A stretch of 40,238 nucleotides of DNA. It comes from Sphaeroforma arctica JP610 (Eukaryota). The DNA lies in assembly GCF_001186125.1 (NCBI RefSeq), contig NW_014040460.1:108130-148367 (forward strand). Reading direction: 5' to 3'. The position numbers and the translations under genes were made by a program. Under the pieces are notes generated by a model. That model saw only the letters and a list, made by a program, of their open reading frames with translations, was not told where the DNA came from and ran no database searches. The stretch's first letter is position 1. Every line of letters begins with the position of its first letter. Below, piece after piece: positions 13,831-36,108 of the stretch.

Positions 13831-14988
13831 CCTGGCCTCCGTCTCCTTTGCCTCGATTTCTCTACACATGTCACATTTGGCCGTTGGTCTGCCCTTATGA
13901 CACACACCCGAGAGTGTGTGATCCAGCAGACATTGCCATGTAACCTACAGTAGTGCGCAAATGTGGCAGTATGTTAACGTCACAAGCTATATTATATATG
14001 AAAATGTATCTCAGGATACCTTTCATGTCTCTAACAATTACACGGACTATAGCTAAGATATTACGTTATTGCCTTATGTGTGAAGTATGCAAGAACGGAG
14101 AAACAAGCTATGAACGCATGTCTTGTCGGCGTCGATACGCTGTATAGGGGGGGAATAACTCGAGTTCACACTCATATAGCTTACGCTAGTTTCATATACA
14201 TTACACACTCTGCATACATGTGAACTAGCGATATTGTGATACTTCGCAAATATAGTCGTGCCATGTGTTGTGCTCGTACCTGCTTGTAGCACGGAGCTGA
14301 ACGATCGGAGCACTTTCGCACATAGTCGTGGCCGTACGGACACACGTCTGACAGCTTAACCTCGCACATGGTCGAACACTCGTGCACTGGAGAGAGTATT
14401 AATGATAAGAAAGGTATGAATAATCATCAATGGGGTTAAGCCGATACGTGTACGTTACGCGCTATACGAGGACTACTGGGGCTGTGGCGGTAGTTGTCCG
14501 GGAAAGATCTTGAATAATGAATCGCTCCATGGTGGGTCGTGATGCCCGATATATCTGCCACTACGGTTTGTAGCAGAAGTTGTAATACGCTTTAAGCCTG
14601 TGGTATATTTGCTGGATTTGTATGTTTTAATTTTCTCAGATTTTCTCAGCCTTGTGGGGTGTTGTGGAAGAGTATTCACACACGTACTGTCTATTTCAAT
14701 CTGTGGCAGATGTGCCACAGATTGAACCTGACGACCCACTCTATCTTTCAATACTTTGTAAGGTATAGTACCTTACAACCTTATGCGACAAGCACTCACT
14801 CACATGATGGAATTGGTATGAGCATTCCTCACATAACAAGAATCATACACAAACTCTCTCTTACCGGCATCGGCATTGGGGTGACATGGCAGGCGACAGG
14901 TGTGACCGCATTGCAGCAGCAAACCACCACACTTCACAGTACACCCTCCCATAGAGGCCAAGCTCTCAAAATCCGGTCCTGATCGAAT
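13831..14988 (-). CDS. Exon cluster of the disrupted gene: NF-X1-type Cys/His zinc-finger region
   Basis: Exons 14865-14988 (GGCTVKCGGLLLQCGHTCRLPCHP), ~14280-14386 (HECSTMCEVKLSDVCPYGHDYVRKCSDRSAPC) and ~13831-13944 (WQCLLDHTLSGVCHKGRPTAKCDMC). They lie directly after helicase motif VI, as in ZNFX1-family proteins. Confidence 0.82.
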
Positions 14989-15375
14989 CTAGATCGTGAA
15001 GTTTTAAGACGTGACAGTTAGGTAAACTGTTTAGTAGCTAAAATGTAAACATCCCAATGTATGGCGATGTATGGTGTCTGTATAAGTGTGTATAAGACTG
15101 CTGCTTCAATATTGTAATCGAGGTTGTGTGCCCCACTTGTATGATCGTACCTTGTAGACATACATAGTTTTGGCACTCCAGCGTGTATCCAGCGTACACG
15201 CCCCTATACCTAAGAATCATGCATCGATTCAGTCAATCCAAAAATTCAGGTTCGTTCCCCATATTTTAAAATTCATATATATATATATGTAGTGATCTCT
15301 ATTGATATATTTGGACATACGCTTGCACGCATACTGTTACTTGTATGAAAAGAATTGATATACATTTAAGCACAC

Positions 15376-23907
<8,532 letters not shown>

Positions 23908-24589
23908 GCACAATGTACAAGTCAAAAGTTCGAGGTGATACTGCATGTCGCTGAATAACAATACACACAATAAACACATAGCTCGACAATATACAAGAAC
24001 AATATACAAAAAAGAGCATCCGCAATCACGCGATTCACGCACAACTCCAATCACGCGATTACAGTGAAGACAAAACACATGTACATTAAGGCTTTTAGTT
24101 TTAGGCTTCCCTTATAGCCTGAAACTTAATCATTGGCCGGAGTATTTCCGAGTATACATCTACATTAGCGATGAACCCAAATCAGTGTCCAGTGAGGAAA
24201 ACTATCTCCAAGTATACATCTATGTTCAGCTCTCCATAGACAGCGAACGTACTATGACGTACGCCGTATGCAAATCAAGGTGGCAGTAGCACACATAAGA
24301 CCTGAAGACAACAAAATTTCGCTAGCATACATTCTGTCATTCCATAATCAGACCAATGAGGCCCATACAGATTTCATGTGCACACATGACTACACATGGT
24401 GAACATAAACGTAAGCGCGTATGCACGGACATATTGTGAACAACTAAGCATGCCGGGGCATCCTATGATCTCATTGACATCACTAACAACTATAAGTCAA
24501 GAGCTTGCAAACTCGGACCCACACATGAGTGACACAATTGAATCACGGATCAGTCAGAGTGCCTTCGGTCTAAACTCGGATGTAAACTT

Positions 24590-27500
24590 ACTTGGATGCT
24601 CTGAGAGAAATCCGTGACCTTCATATTTTTGTGTGCAAGTTCGGGGTACTTCGCAGCAGTGTAGTGCACCAGCACATTACTCAGAGGAATCTTGTTCATC
24701 TGCTTGAGCGCCTCCAGCACCGGTTCGCAGTTGAAAAAGACCACGCTTGCATTGAACACCATGCACGATCGCATGAACTGTGCAAGGATGGAAGGGTAAA
24801 GCAGTATGAGACTTACCTCAACGCAAACATCTATTTAAAGTTTAGTCCGTGTTGGGTGACTTTGCATGTATTGATTTGACAACGTTTTATTGAACAGGTA
24901 TCTCGAAAGATAGGCTATGTTCTCAACAGTTTTTATAATGCACATTGAACTATTCTTTCTGTACATATTCCGTACAGTATTCAGGCTGGTATCGAAAGCG
25001 GAAGTTAAGATTACCACGAACAAGTACGCAAGCTTTAATGTACACATGCACAAAGTAAAAGTAGTTGGTTTCCTACTACTATACCTTCCGATCCCGTCCC
25101 TTAGCTTTAGTCATAGCCATGAGTATGTTATACTGCGACTCTCCAACGAATGAGACGCCCACTTGCAGACATACGCGGTCACCTTTACATACAATGTCGT
25201 CTCGCTTCTCCACTTTACCCACAGCCACCACCTGTGTTCATATTCATAGTGTATATGTGTTAAACACGTGTATACAGGCTATGCGCTGCGTACATTCGTA
25301 TACAAATACATTATGGTGCATACTATTTCTTGAACTCTGGTGATGTTAAAACCAAAATAATTTGCTTATCTTATCTTACGCATCTGTTCACAGCACATGA
25401 ACAGACTACAATCTACGTCCCCAATCACTCGCTGATGCACGAGCTGCATGTGAATGTCAGGAAGCCCCCATACCTTGCACGGAATCCTCTAAATCGTCGT
25501 ACCAGTCGGCAACCCAATAAGGGTTTCCATATGCTCTACGACTCGCACGCTTTCTGCCTACCCCGATTGCTGTACTAACCTATCCCGATTACACTGACAA
25601 TCTGATGCCAAGCGCAGTCTGGATCCATGCACCCAAACTCTAAATTGGTGGTACATATACAACTAATTATCCCGAATTGCTTCATCCATATATGATACGA
25701 TCTGTATCTACAATCGAGCTCTAGTCAGCATACATTTGCAATATGACCTGTATCTACAATCGACCTCTAGTCAGCATATACTTGCAATACGAGGTGAGCG
25801 CACACCGTGACTCATTACTTCGGTATGTATTGTCTCAAGTTGTCCCACACTTGCCACCACCCACAAGTTTTATAACTTCTCATTAATATTTCTCATTCTG
25901 ACACACATTTCATGTATGCACAGCGTCAAACGCGCATACTTTACACCTAACTTGGAGGAAAACTGACACACCTGCACCCGGCCTCTATTGGGTCTCGTTT
26001 TCGCCAGGGTGTCTGCGTATTCATTGTCACATCCGCTGAGAACCCAAACTCGGGATTGTCTTCATCCTCCTTCGCCTTAAGCACAGGCACAAGCGTGTGG
26101 TGAGAAAATACTCGCCTATAGGTGATGTAATCGTCGATTTTAAATTGAGTGTCGAATTGAAATTCGTCAAATACGCAAAGAAACATCGCATTTCTCAACA
26201 AGTTCCTCGTGCGCTCCAGCTTTGGTGTAGGTCCTGCCAGTTTTTGAATCAACCACGACCAGTAGGCGCGGAGACACCGTTAACGGCTTAACGCACTAGC
26301 TGATATACACCGATCGATACCGACCGACAGATAGACACAAGCGAAGTGTGTACACTGACTACCACCGTACACTTGCCTGCCAGGACCATCCTTGAAGAAT
26401 GCGTTCAACTCTTTTGGCTTGAGCTTCTGCGTGCGCACCTGCAGTTGCGGAGACATTCGCATTCGCAATGTCACATGCGGCTTAGGAAAAGATCTTGATC
26501 GACAAGTAGGAGAATTGTATCAAATATATTATTCTCACGTGTTATATGTATTGTGTGAGTGAGAGAGAAAGCGCGTTCTCGGACAAGAGTATCTGCAGAA
26601 TTTTGTGTGCAGCTGGAATTGCTGGCGAGCTTTTAAAAAAAATGAGATTTCTAGGATTGCAACCTGTTTTTTGATTCGCTAGAAATGGAAACATACATGA
26701 AGTATTTGTAGAAGTGTAAGGAGGAGTAAATACGTATGTATAGATTTTGCTTGCGCACAGAATTCAGCACCAACCGTTCCCATATGTACGTCAGCCACGG
26801 GCCAACTCGAGCTTGTACGATATATTTTCAGTCTGCTACTGTCTGATAACAATTTACAATGCAAATATGATTACTACCCATGCGAAATTGCAGCACTGAA
26901 AAAGAAGAATTCATGGGTGAGTATCATCACAATTTTCACTGTAAAAAACCAAATAGAGTACATACCGGTCCCTTCAATTTGTGGATCAGCGTAGACTCTG
27001 TTGCCACCACGCCCCTTGCCAGTGAGCCCATTTTGTAACTCCTCAGTCAATTCGGTGCGCAAGGTTTCCAGTAAGTCCTACTCGTGTTAGAAGGATAGCA
27101 AAGTGATGTTTGCATAAGTTCATCTCAGAATCTGCAAGTGATAGCATGTAGACTTTTACTAGCAGACTCGTCTACCCGGGACAGGCTTGGAGAAACTGGA
27201 CTCATCTGATGAACATAAGATCGATAGAACTAGTTTCATAAAACTTGGATCAACTACACCTAATACAACAAACTGTAGCATATCACTTGTTAAGGAACGG
27301 TGCAACAACTGATAAAAACTCACAAAATTCAACTGCACACCTGACGCACGAGTCGAAAATTGCAATCAATGAGCGACGCTTCCGGGTTGGTGATGGCGGG
27401 GTTGCCGTGCGCAGGTGGCAGATACGGCTCCTCATTGCAGTTGATCTCGCTGAAAAAATGTTTCGTATGTTTGTGTGCGCGTTACCAAGCCTTGAACGTA

Positions 27501-28637
27501 TAGCTTCACAGCAAGGACGACTACAAGGGTGATGTAAAAAAAGATTGTAAGCATAACACAGGTACTTATATAAATATTTTCTTTGTCGACACTTCGGTAA
27601 AATATTGTACCTTGATGTGGGAACAACTTCAATTTCCCAAAAGTCAAACTTGTCATTGTCGTGATCACGAACGCCGGGCGGTCGCATCGCTCGCTTCGCG
27701 GCGTCCAGGGAATTTACTATATACGTTAAAGTGTCACAAATCAGCACCAAGTTAGTATCAAGGAGTGACGATCATGACTTTAAGTGTATCATTTCGAGCG
27801 ATTTGCCTGGCCTTCATCAATCACTGGTGTGGGTGTCTAACCCTGCATGACTGACAGGATGAGGTATGAGGTCGATGCGAGTCAATGGCAGTCAAATGCA
27901 GTATTCTACGACATTCTACATAACGGAAGCTGAAGTTTCAAAGCCTAAACCAAGGCTATTTTACAGGTATACACATCAAACTCGAAAGTTTAAACTTTTG
28001 GGCATTTTTTACCTGTATCTTCACCGGGTCTCTTCTGCGAGTCTGACTCTGCACTGGCAAACATAGTTGCTAGTTCACTGGCTCCAGCCACGGAACTCTC
28101 CCTCAGCGCTCGCTCGATATGCAACACACGCTCATCGTGACGTACTTTTTCTACATTGCTAAGCTTGAGCAAAAACCATGTGATCGCAGCTGGATCACTC
28201 ACGAAAGTGTTGACGCCAAATTCATCGAGGCGCTCGACCAGCATATTCATGAACTCGTTCACCTGATAGATCGTCTTGAAGACCATCGTCACCTTATCGG
28301 CATACAGGCCATGGCACATTTTTTTTCTTCGCCCAGTGGAGACAACAGATGCGTAACCTTTTCGATGTCGGGGTACACGATTCGCATAGCAGCCTGCAAG
28401 CATTTACCCAAGAGTATCGTCGAAGAGCAAAATAAAGCGATCCGCAACCGCTGGGTCTGATGCATTGACACACATACGGAAGAGTCGCGCGGCATCGTCC
28501 TTATTGTTTATGTTCTCAGTGCCTGCCTTCAGCTTCTCTAGGTACGACAGCAGTGGCTGCTGCTGCGGCTGGTTACCCCATTTGCGATTGCGATCGCACT
28601 GGCCTCCGCCTCGACCTCTACCACGTACACGTGATAT
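24590..28637 (-). CDS. Exon cluster of the disrupted gene: N-terminal region of ZNFX1-like protein (RGG-like start, helical domain, HDND motif)
   Basis: First exon 28013-28637 (SRVRGRGRGGG...DPAAITWFLLKL, two frame changes); 27611-27716 (RPPGVRDHDNDKFDFWEIEVVPTS); ~27341-27450 (EINCNEEPYLP...LIDCNFRLVRQ); ~26965-27078 (DLLETLRTEL); ~24590-24777 (FFNCEPVLEALKQM). These resemble recalled ZNFX1-family motifs PGGRHDND..F..I.I.PT, LD.QFRLLRED and YEPVL.ALQ. Confidence 0.78.
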
Positions 28638-29255
28638 AATCCAGTATGTAATGAATTAATCAGTATTCTCGAATATGGTGACATTTGTATAGCAAGGATA
28701 ATGTATTTGCGTACACTGTTGCACTCTACAGATATATTGAAGTATCACCCCGAACACACCTCAGTACGACTACGAAAGTAGTCAGCTTTGAAGCCTTGAA
28801 GGCTTGAAGTATTGAATCTTGACACGACATATTAATATTTGATATTTCATTCGATTTTGGTATTAGTACCGACTACATACAAGTACGCTACAGACTACAG
28901 ACTACAGACTACAGAGTAGAGTCAGTACATAGACGATTGCCATTTGCCAGGGATACTTGTCCAATCAATTGGCAGGATCTTGTGATCCTACTGATCACAT
29001 GATTCGTGAACAGTATTGACTGGGTACGCCTGTTGGTGTTCGGGTCTCCTTGGACCTTGAGTCCTTAGGACTTTTACTCCTATGTTGTTCTAAATACTAA
29101 AATACATAATGTTCTTACTTCTTAGTTCTTTTTATTATATTTTAAATATTACTGGTGCCGCCGTGTGTGTTTTGTCTTTTTGTCTTTTTGTCTTAGGTCT
29201 CGCTCTCTTGGCTTTGACTTTTGTTATTGTATCAGTTTTGTTCAATAGATATTTT

Positions 29256-29452
29256 TCACACAGTCACACGGGAACTTGGGTCACTCTTAATTCTTGTCAC
29301 TTGTTGTACCCTCACTGTCTCACTGCCCTGTGGTCCTGTGAGGCTGTGGGGCACTACCGCGCTGGTGACTGGGCCTGGGGCCCTGGGCCCTGGGGCCCTG
29401 GACAGTGGACACTGGACAGGCAGTCCGGGGCTCCGGCTTTTACCTTCCACTG
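29256..29452. promoter_or_regulatory. GC-rich ApT-poor island in the divergent intergenic region between the helicase-AAA gene and SENP8; candidate bidirectional promoter element
   Basis: No ApT dinucleotide from 29292 to 29452. Contains short tandem units (ggccctgg, ggacactg). Lies ~620 bp upstream of the helicase gene start and ~390 bp upstream of the SENP8 ATG. Confidence 0.45.
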
Positions 29453-29839
29453 ATCCACTCTCTGGCATTTAAAATTTCTCGTGAGAGTTTCAGTGTAGAC
29501 AGATATTTAGTGAAGACCAGCGAGAGGCAGAGACTCAAGAATCCAGAGGATGAATTTATGTAACAAACCAATACATCTATTTTTTAATAAAATTAATCAA
29601 TAGTTGTACTTATATGACCATTTATATGTATTTACATCAGTAAATGATATTACATATTGATAATTTACCGTCTAATTTAGAAGGCTATGAATTTACATAT
29701 GTTTATGTACTCGCTATTTTTTAACTAAAATATATAAACAATGACAACACAAGAGATTGTCTCTATGTATGCTCTGGTGAATTTTGTGCATAGAGAAAAA
29801 TATACTTTCTTCACAATTTGACAACTCTCTATCCATACA

Positions 29840-31646
29840 ATGAAGGCAGTCCAATATGGTGACACGGTGGTCTACGTCGAGGATTTGAAGAGTCTGGGAA
29901 AACATCAATGGCTAGGTGATCGCGTGATCAGCTTTTACTTCGAGTGAGTTACTTTACTGAATATGATCTGAAAGTGACTACCGCGCTACACTATCTGCCG
30001 GCTAAATCTTTTTCTACCTATATTCCTACTGCAAGCCGTACCAAACCAATAATGGCGCTAATGGTAAAAAAAATGGATTGCATCAGGTATTCTTGTTCTC
30101 TGGTTGGTTATTCATGACAGATAAAGCAGCAGAACCGGTAGTAATTACCACAAATGTCATGTTTTGTTATTTGATTCTTGTGGTACACAGCCACTAGTGG
30201 CCCGTTTCACTAACACTGGACGCCTCCCAATATTATGAAACAGACACATATCAGTACCACATATTAATACTGACGCATATATATTTTTTCGACTCAAAGC
30301 AGACCGTTGCCTACAGAAAAGGTCATTAGTAGTACTTTGCATGCTGACACCTGCTGCATATATTTCAAGAGTGTTGAAGTGCAATGTACTTACACAGTGT
30401 AGTTCGGATCGCGCACACACACACTCTCTCGATTTAGTGGCTTCCGCTGCTGTCTCGCATGCGAATTTCAATATTATTTACTTATCCAGTACAGTGCGTC
30501 ACGCATACCGTCATACGAAGTTAAACAATATAAATTTGAGACAGGATAACAAATGTCGTATTCACTATCAATCTTCGAACAGATTCCTACAGAATGAGGT
30601 CTACCCTGAGTACCCAGCCATATGCTTTGTGAGTCCAGTGGTAGTTCAACTGATTGGCTCACTCACAGTACCAACTGAGGTAGAGCAGTTCGTTAGCGCA
30701 ATGTGTTTAGACGAGCGTGATCTAATACTATTACCGCTCAACAACAATATCGACTACAGCATGGCCGCCGGTGGTAGCCATTGGTATGATACGTATGATT
30801 GAGGGATGTCTAAAGGCTTGATTGGAAACCCGTCTGACAATGTGCCTAACCAGTACGAGCGAGAGTGGATTTGATGGAATTTGATCGCAACCCCTTCCCC
30901 TCCAACCCCCTTATAGTTAGTTATATTCTCTGATATCCATCCTACTGTGCACAACATTCAACTAAGTATATCACCCAACCACGTTTCCCTTCAACTTGTT
31001 TGCGAATCCCAAAAGAAAGTGTTCATTAATATTGTAAAATTGCTGTTCTGCTCACCTCTTATGCATTTGACACTTGCTAGGAGTTTGTTGGTATTTGACA
31101 GACGCGAGCATGTCTTCACTCACTATGATTCCATGCGCCACAACAATTGGAAACCAGCAGTTGATTTAGTCAACAAGCTTCATCCATCTCTGGACAGATA
31201 CGCTGAGATCATCAAGGCAACATGTCCCCAACAAAGAAATGGTATGGTAACAATCTGTTACATTTAGAGCCATTTATAGCCCTTCGTATAAGTACCCCAG
31301 GCAACGGTATAAGAACGGATTACTAGAAATTATAAAACCACATTTAGATTCAAAAACGTATGCGTTAAAATACACATGCGTGATTCCATTTGCATATTCG
31401 TTTAACATTTTAGGCCTGCAAGTAAGGCTTTGTACTCAATGCACAATTGCGCTTTAAACTTTTCTCACGCAAGGTTCTGATTGTGGGATGTATGCAATGG
31501 TATTTGCCGCCGAAGTCGCGCAAGCTTTCGCAGACAACCGTAAACCTGATTTAGATTGTGCTACACCTTCCTTTGTTGACGCAAAACGCAAGAATCTGTA
31601 CGATCTGATTATACAAATAGGGAAACCATGCGATAATATCAGGTAG
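29840..31646 (+). CDS. SENP8: NEDD8-specific protease SENP8/NEDP1/DEN1 (Ulp1/C48 peptidase), 4 exons, 212 aa
   Basis: Exons 29840-29943, 30583-30783, 31081-31241 and 31474-31646 join in frame (639 nt): MKAVQYGDTVVYVEDLKSLGKHQWLGDRVISFYFE...LILLPLNNN..AAGGSHWSLLV...HYDS...CPQQRNGSDCGMY. The His/Asp/Cys triad and oxyanion Gln are intact; all introns are GT-AG. Confidence 0.93.
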
Positions 31647-32419
31647 GGATTCGTCTGTTTGGATGGATACCGCTGTGAGATGATCTGCCTAGTCTATGTT
31701 CCTATGTTGTATCTACTCCGAATGCTCAGAATGTGTAGAGGCGGATATCAATGTGAGAGCCAATATAAACGTTCGTTAGAAAACCAGACTGCGGATACAA
31801 TCACTCTTTGTCGAAGCATATGTAGCAGGATACACAATAGTAAGCCACGAGCTTCGACTTTGAAATTATTTGAATGCTCACCTTGCTTTTTGATAGACTT
31901 ACCGTGCTCATCTAAATAAAGACTGAACACAGTATGTAACAAGACACTGCCAAGCTCTGCTCTATCTATGTACTTTTATAGTTTCAATTAAATTATTAGT
32001 TTGAATTGTCATGAAGGTTGCTATCTCGCATTGGTTTCCGTAGATCCATATCCACACACGTACTTCCAGTCTAGAAACCATCTCTGGTCTTGCGCAGGTG
32101 ACTTCGCACGCTTGTAATGTGCCGAGAAATCTGATGTCATTTTCGAGCTTTCTCTCTTCCTTTCTCAGCCGCGTCTCCCTTGTATTCAAATTTGGAGCTG
32201 ATAGGCTCGCAGGTGGTCTAGCAGAATTCTGCCTGATAGAGAGCCCGTATTCTACTAGAATACACTAATTAGCTTCAACTAGGTATAAATTCATGTGCGG
32301 TTCATTACTTCAAACACACACGAATCATCTTATATTCTACTCGACTCTCCCGTATCAGGGTGACAAAGCTCGTAGCTGGTAGCTACCATCTTATGTTACA
32401 CCCCTACATGGCTGTAGAG

Positions 32420-33511
32420 CTACCCAAAGCCCTTGAGAGCTTCTTTCAATACTGCATTCGCAGAGGGATTTTCAATCTGGCTACCTTCTTCAGTGGAGAC
32501 TGTTGCCATGCGTTTCCTCACCTGTAATGGACAGGTTTAATTATTAACCATACGTGACATGAAATATATATTCAATTCAAACGTATAAAATCCCAACAAA
32601 AAAAATCCAGTTGGACTCAATTCCCCCAATATGGCTCTTTCCATGAGCATACCTGATCCTCGGACAGATTGTTCATTCCCGAGCCACCTGCGTAGCCCGC
32701 GTGATACATCAGGTAGCCCCGCATTCCTATTAATACACAAAGTACGTGATGATGAGTATTGATCAATTAGCAAATCCAAAGAATCAGCGGCTTGCTTCTA
32801 TACAACTACCTTACGGTAGTATCTGAGCATTGGTCTACTGACAAACTATCTGGTTGGCGGTTTGCCCTTAAAAACATTGTGCTGTGGGCTGAATATTATT
32901 GAGAGTCTAGCTAGCTTGCATCTACTGTCCAAACGACTCCGTGAACGATATAATTCTGTCAAAAACCGACAAATCCCTGTGATCGCATTAAACGGCGAAG
33001 GGAAGCACAAGACAGTACTCATAACTCAATACTACTCTAGCGAAAACATTGTTCGAATCCAGGAACACATTTTGAGGAAAAAAATCACTCTATCGTATCT
33101 ACACAATTCTATTGACCCAGTGAGAAGCTAGAATCGATACCTAAGGACAGGGCGGTGGTACCCAGGATGCCGACGCCGATCACCAAAGCTTTGCCATGAT
33201 CAGTTTTAGCCAACCGATACGATGTGACTCCAATGTGTGGCAGAGGAGCGGCTAGCATCAATCCCTAAGCAAAACACAATTGTCGATAATTTGAGATGTA
33301 ACTATCTAGCCATGCCTCAAAATAAGTGAAGCTATATAAACGATGGCGAATCACCTATTTTTTGCCACGTACAAGGATATAAGCAAACCATTTCAAGTGC
33401 ACTGTCGTATCGAATATATATATATAAATATATATATACGCAGTATCGACACACCAGATACATCCACTGGCGGACACGCACAGTTTTTCTATGCTCAGTA
33501 GTAAACTCCAT
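32420..33511 (-). CDS. Small hypothetical membrane protein (~122 aa), up to 5 exons; not visible in the ORF track
   Basis: Well-supported exons 33141-33264 (GLMLAAPLPHIGVTSYRLAKTDHGKALVIGVGILGTTALSL), 32653-32726 (GMRGYLMYHAGYAGGSGMNNLSEDQ) and 32420-32521 (VRKRMATVSTEEGSQIENPSANAVLKEALKGFG*) join with matching phases and GT-AG ends. Tentative 5' exons are 33482-33511 (MEFTTEHRKT) and 33316-33354 (VIRHRLYSFTYFE, needs a GC donor). Confidence 0.65.
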
Positions 33512-34402
33512 ATATATATATATGATAGACGGATATTTTATCTCTTCTCGACAACTTATTAATTTCTTCACTTTATATCTACAAAAATAAAAAGCAAGTA
33601 TTCAATGTGAACATATATATACATATATATTTAGGTGTATTTAAGGCAGACAATAATGAAGATTCGCTCAGACGCCGCTTTGTATGTCACCCCATTCACT
33701 GTCATTATATCATGATATCAAGAGAATATAAGCGGAAGTTAGAATAAAAGAATAACGCAACGTGGAACTTGATGGAAAAGATTTTATTATTTACTTAAAT
33801 AACTTTTCTATTATTCATTTTGAATTTTTTTTTAAAACAATGTAACCCCGACCACCTGTATTTACAACGTATTTACCCCAGAGAAAGCTGACGGGCGACG
33901 GATGGGCGGGCGACGGCTAACAGTATTTAGGCATTCCACAGCCCTTAAAAAAAACAGGCATTCCAACTACCTAGTAAAGAATTCTGCCTACCCATATGAT
34001 CATAGCCTCCTAAGATATAGAACGATTTAGGATGCTGATACATAATAGCCTCCTAAAATAATTACATACGATACATAGCCTTCTAAAAGAAACAAGAAGG
34101 CTATGTACGATATGATTAAAAAATAAGTCAACCCTAAACTCCTAAAAACCGTAAAGAACAACGCCACAGGTCCATTAATAGAAGATTTTGTTAAAATGCA
34201 AACAGCCTTGAACCTCACTTAATCTCCTCTTCACTTCTATGTAGGAACTAGAATACCTTAGCTAATGTAATTTCTTAAATTTCTGATTATTCTACGTTTA
34301 TATATATCTTCCTATGTGTACACTTGCAATTCACACGAACCACGATTTGAACGCGACCAATTATCCGGCGACGCACAATAATTCTTTAAAGACTACCAAA
34401 CC

Positions 34403-35743
34403 CTATACGCCGGGGGCATCGAAACTGTCGCATCTCTCCTTAAAGACCTTCATCGATCGCTCTTGAATTACTCTCTCATAATTAAGCTCGTTTTGCATCA
34501 TTCGAAGCTGGAATTTAAAAAGGGGGCGAAGTATGAGCCAGTAGAGTGGACATATACCGTGTGCTTGAACGTAAGCGGTGTGCGCGACAAAAAAAATGCA
34601 CACGACGAAGCGACACAACTTCCGGAAAGAAAGTGAACCAAAATTAGACACTTATGTTTAAAACTACGCCAACAGAGCCACGAAGATACCATGCAGATAG
34701 ATGAATTCGTATTCTCATTTTTTGAATCCAAACCCGCGTGTTCCCACCACATACGTTGCCCTGCTTTTCTGATATTTCTTCCGCAAGCAAACTGTTGTCG
34801 CGATCCTTAGATCGAGCAGCGCGTAAGGAGTCCACTTTTGCCTCGGCTATTTTGATGCAATTTTCGATAGCGCCTACGCGACCACTATATGCCGCTCCGA
34901 GCTGCAAGAGCAAGATATTGAGTGATGAACGAGCAGGCTTTGATTGATGTGGCGTATAGTGCTTGGTGTGGACATATTGTATATAAAAAGAAAGTGTGCA
35001 CATTGTACTGAAACACGATTCATAATTGTGGTGGTTTCGACCAACCTAAGCCACTTGATTTACAGGACGTAGAGCAGATAGAATTTGAACTGCGGCGAGA
35101 TTGTCCCAGTATATACACCTCGCGAATAGGTACATACAAGAAAGGATAGAAATCACGCACATACAAAAGATACTGCGTACACGCGCGCGCAAGGTCTAGT
35201 AGAGCAAACCATTACGATGTGTATACAGCGAAGTAATACACCAAATATGTAAAACGAACCATCCATATAAATACTATCAATATGACCACATAAACGATTT
35301 AAAAAACAAGCAAGTAATTCGCTCTATTATCCCATTAATGTGCTTGAGCACACTCCGCGTTAAGTACAACAGAATCAGACCATAACAAAGCAGCCTAAAA
35401 AGAAAATTTCGTACGTTGTCAACATAAAAGACCGTGGACATGTCCTGCCGATGCAAACGGAGCAACCCGTCATTCATATACTAATGGATAAATATATTTC
35501 GTATACTGATGTTTGGGCATAACTTCTACTTTACTCGAGACATACAAAAAACATAGACAAATATTCATGCATACTCACGTACTATGTGTATATACATATG
35601 AATCGAATATACATATGAATTAATANATATATATATATATATANATATATATATAATATATATAATATATAATATTAATATTAANAATTAATTATAATAA
35701 TTATAATATAANATAATATATAANNNNNNNNNNNNNNNNNNNN

Positions 35744-35782
<39 letters not shown>

Positions 35783-36108
35783 TGTGTGTGTGTGTATGTG
35801 TGTGTGTGTAGAAATAGATATAGATATGGATATGTATATGGATTACATATATAGGCGTGTGTGTGTGTGTGTCAACCATCTAGGAAGACATGCCATATGT
35901 TTCAGGGCGAATAACATACCTCTTTGTGGAATCCTGCGCACTTGTCCTGTTTAACTGAAACAGACTCTTGGTGCTTGAAAGTATCGGTTGGGATAGCCGT
36001 ATTTAATCTTTGAACCACGAAGTCGTCGACTTTTCTAAGCTTGATGATCGCTTGCTTGAACAGGGTAAAGTCCTCACAGGGAATACCATCGTATCGTGTC
36101 TCCGCCAT
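34403..36108 (-). CDS. CCDC58: CCDC58/MIX23 (caffeine-induced death protein 2 family), mitochondrial intermembrane-space protein, 3 exons, 146 aa
   Basis: Exons 35920-36108, 34755-34901 and 34403-34507 (all phase 0): CEDFTLFKQAIIKLRKVDDFVVQRLNTAIPTDTF...C..F...L..AYSGR..AIENCI...LRMMQNELNYERVIQERSMKVFKERC. This matches the recalled family signature. Confidence 0.9.
35620..35872. repeat. Compound (TA)n/(TG)n microsatellite with gap in CCDC58 intron 1
   Basis: Directly visible. Confidence 0.85.

Noticed and set aside
29109..29472. ORFs over the GC-rich islands (also 36314-36667)
   Set aside because: Open only because TpA/ApT depletion removes stop codons; the peptides are repetitive and lack splice or homology support.
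31883..32232. Coiled-coil-like ORF (ETRLRKEERKLENDIRF) as an extra exon or separate gene
   Set aside because: It could be joined in phase through a weak GG|gtagct donor overlapping the stop of the small membrane gene. However, there is no recognisable homology and no clear terminal exon, so it is most likely 3' UTR or intergenic.
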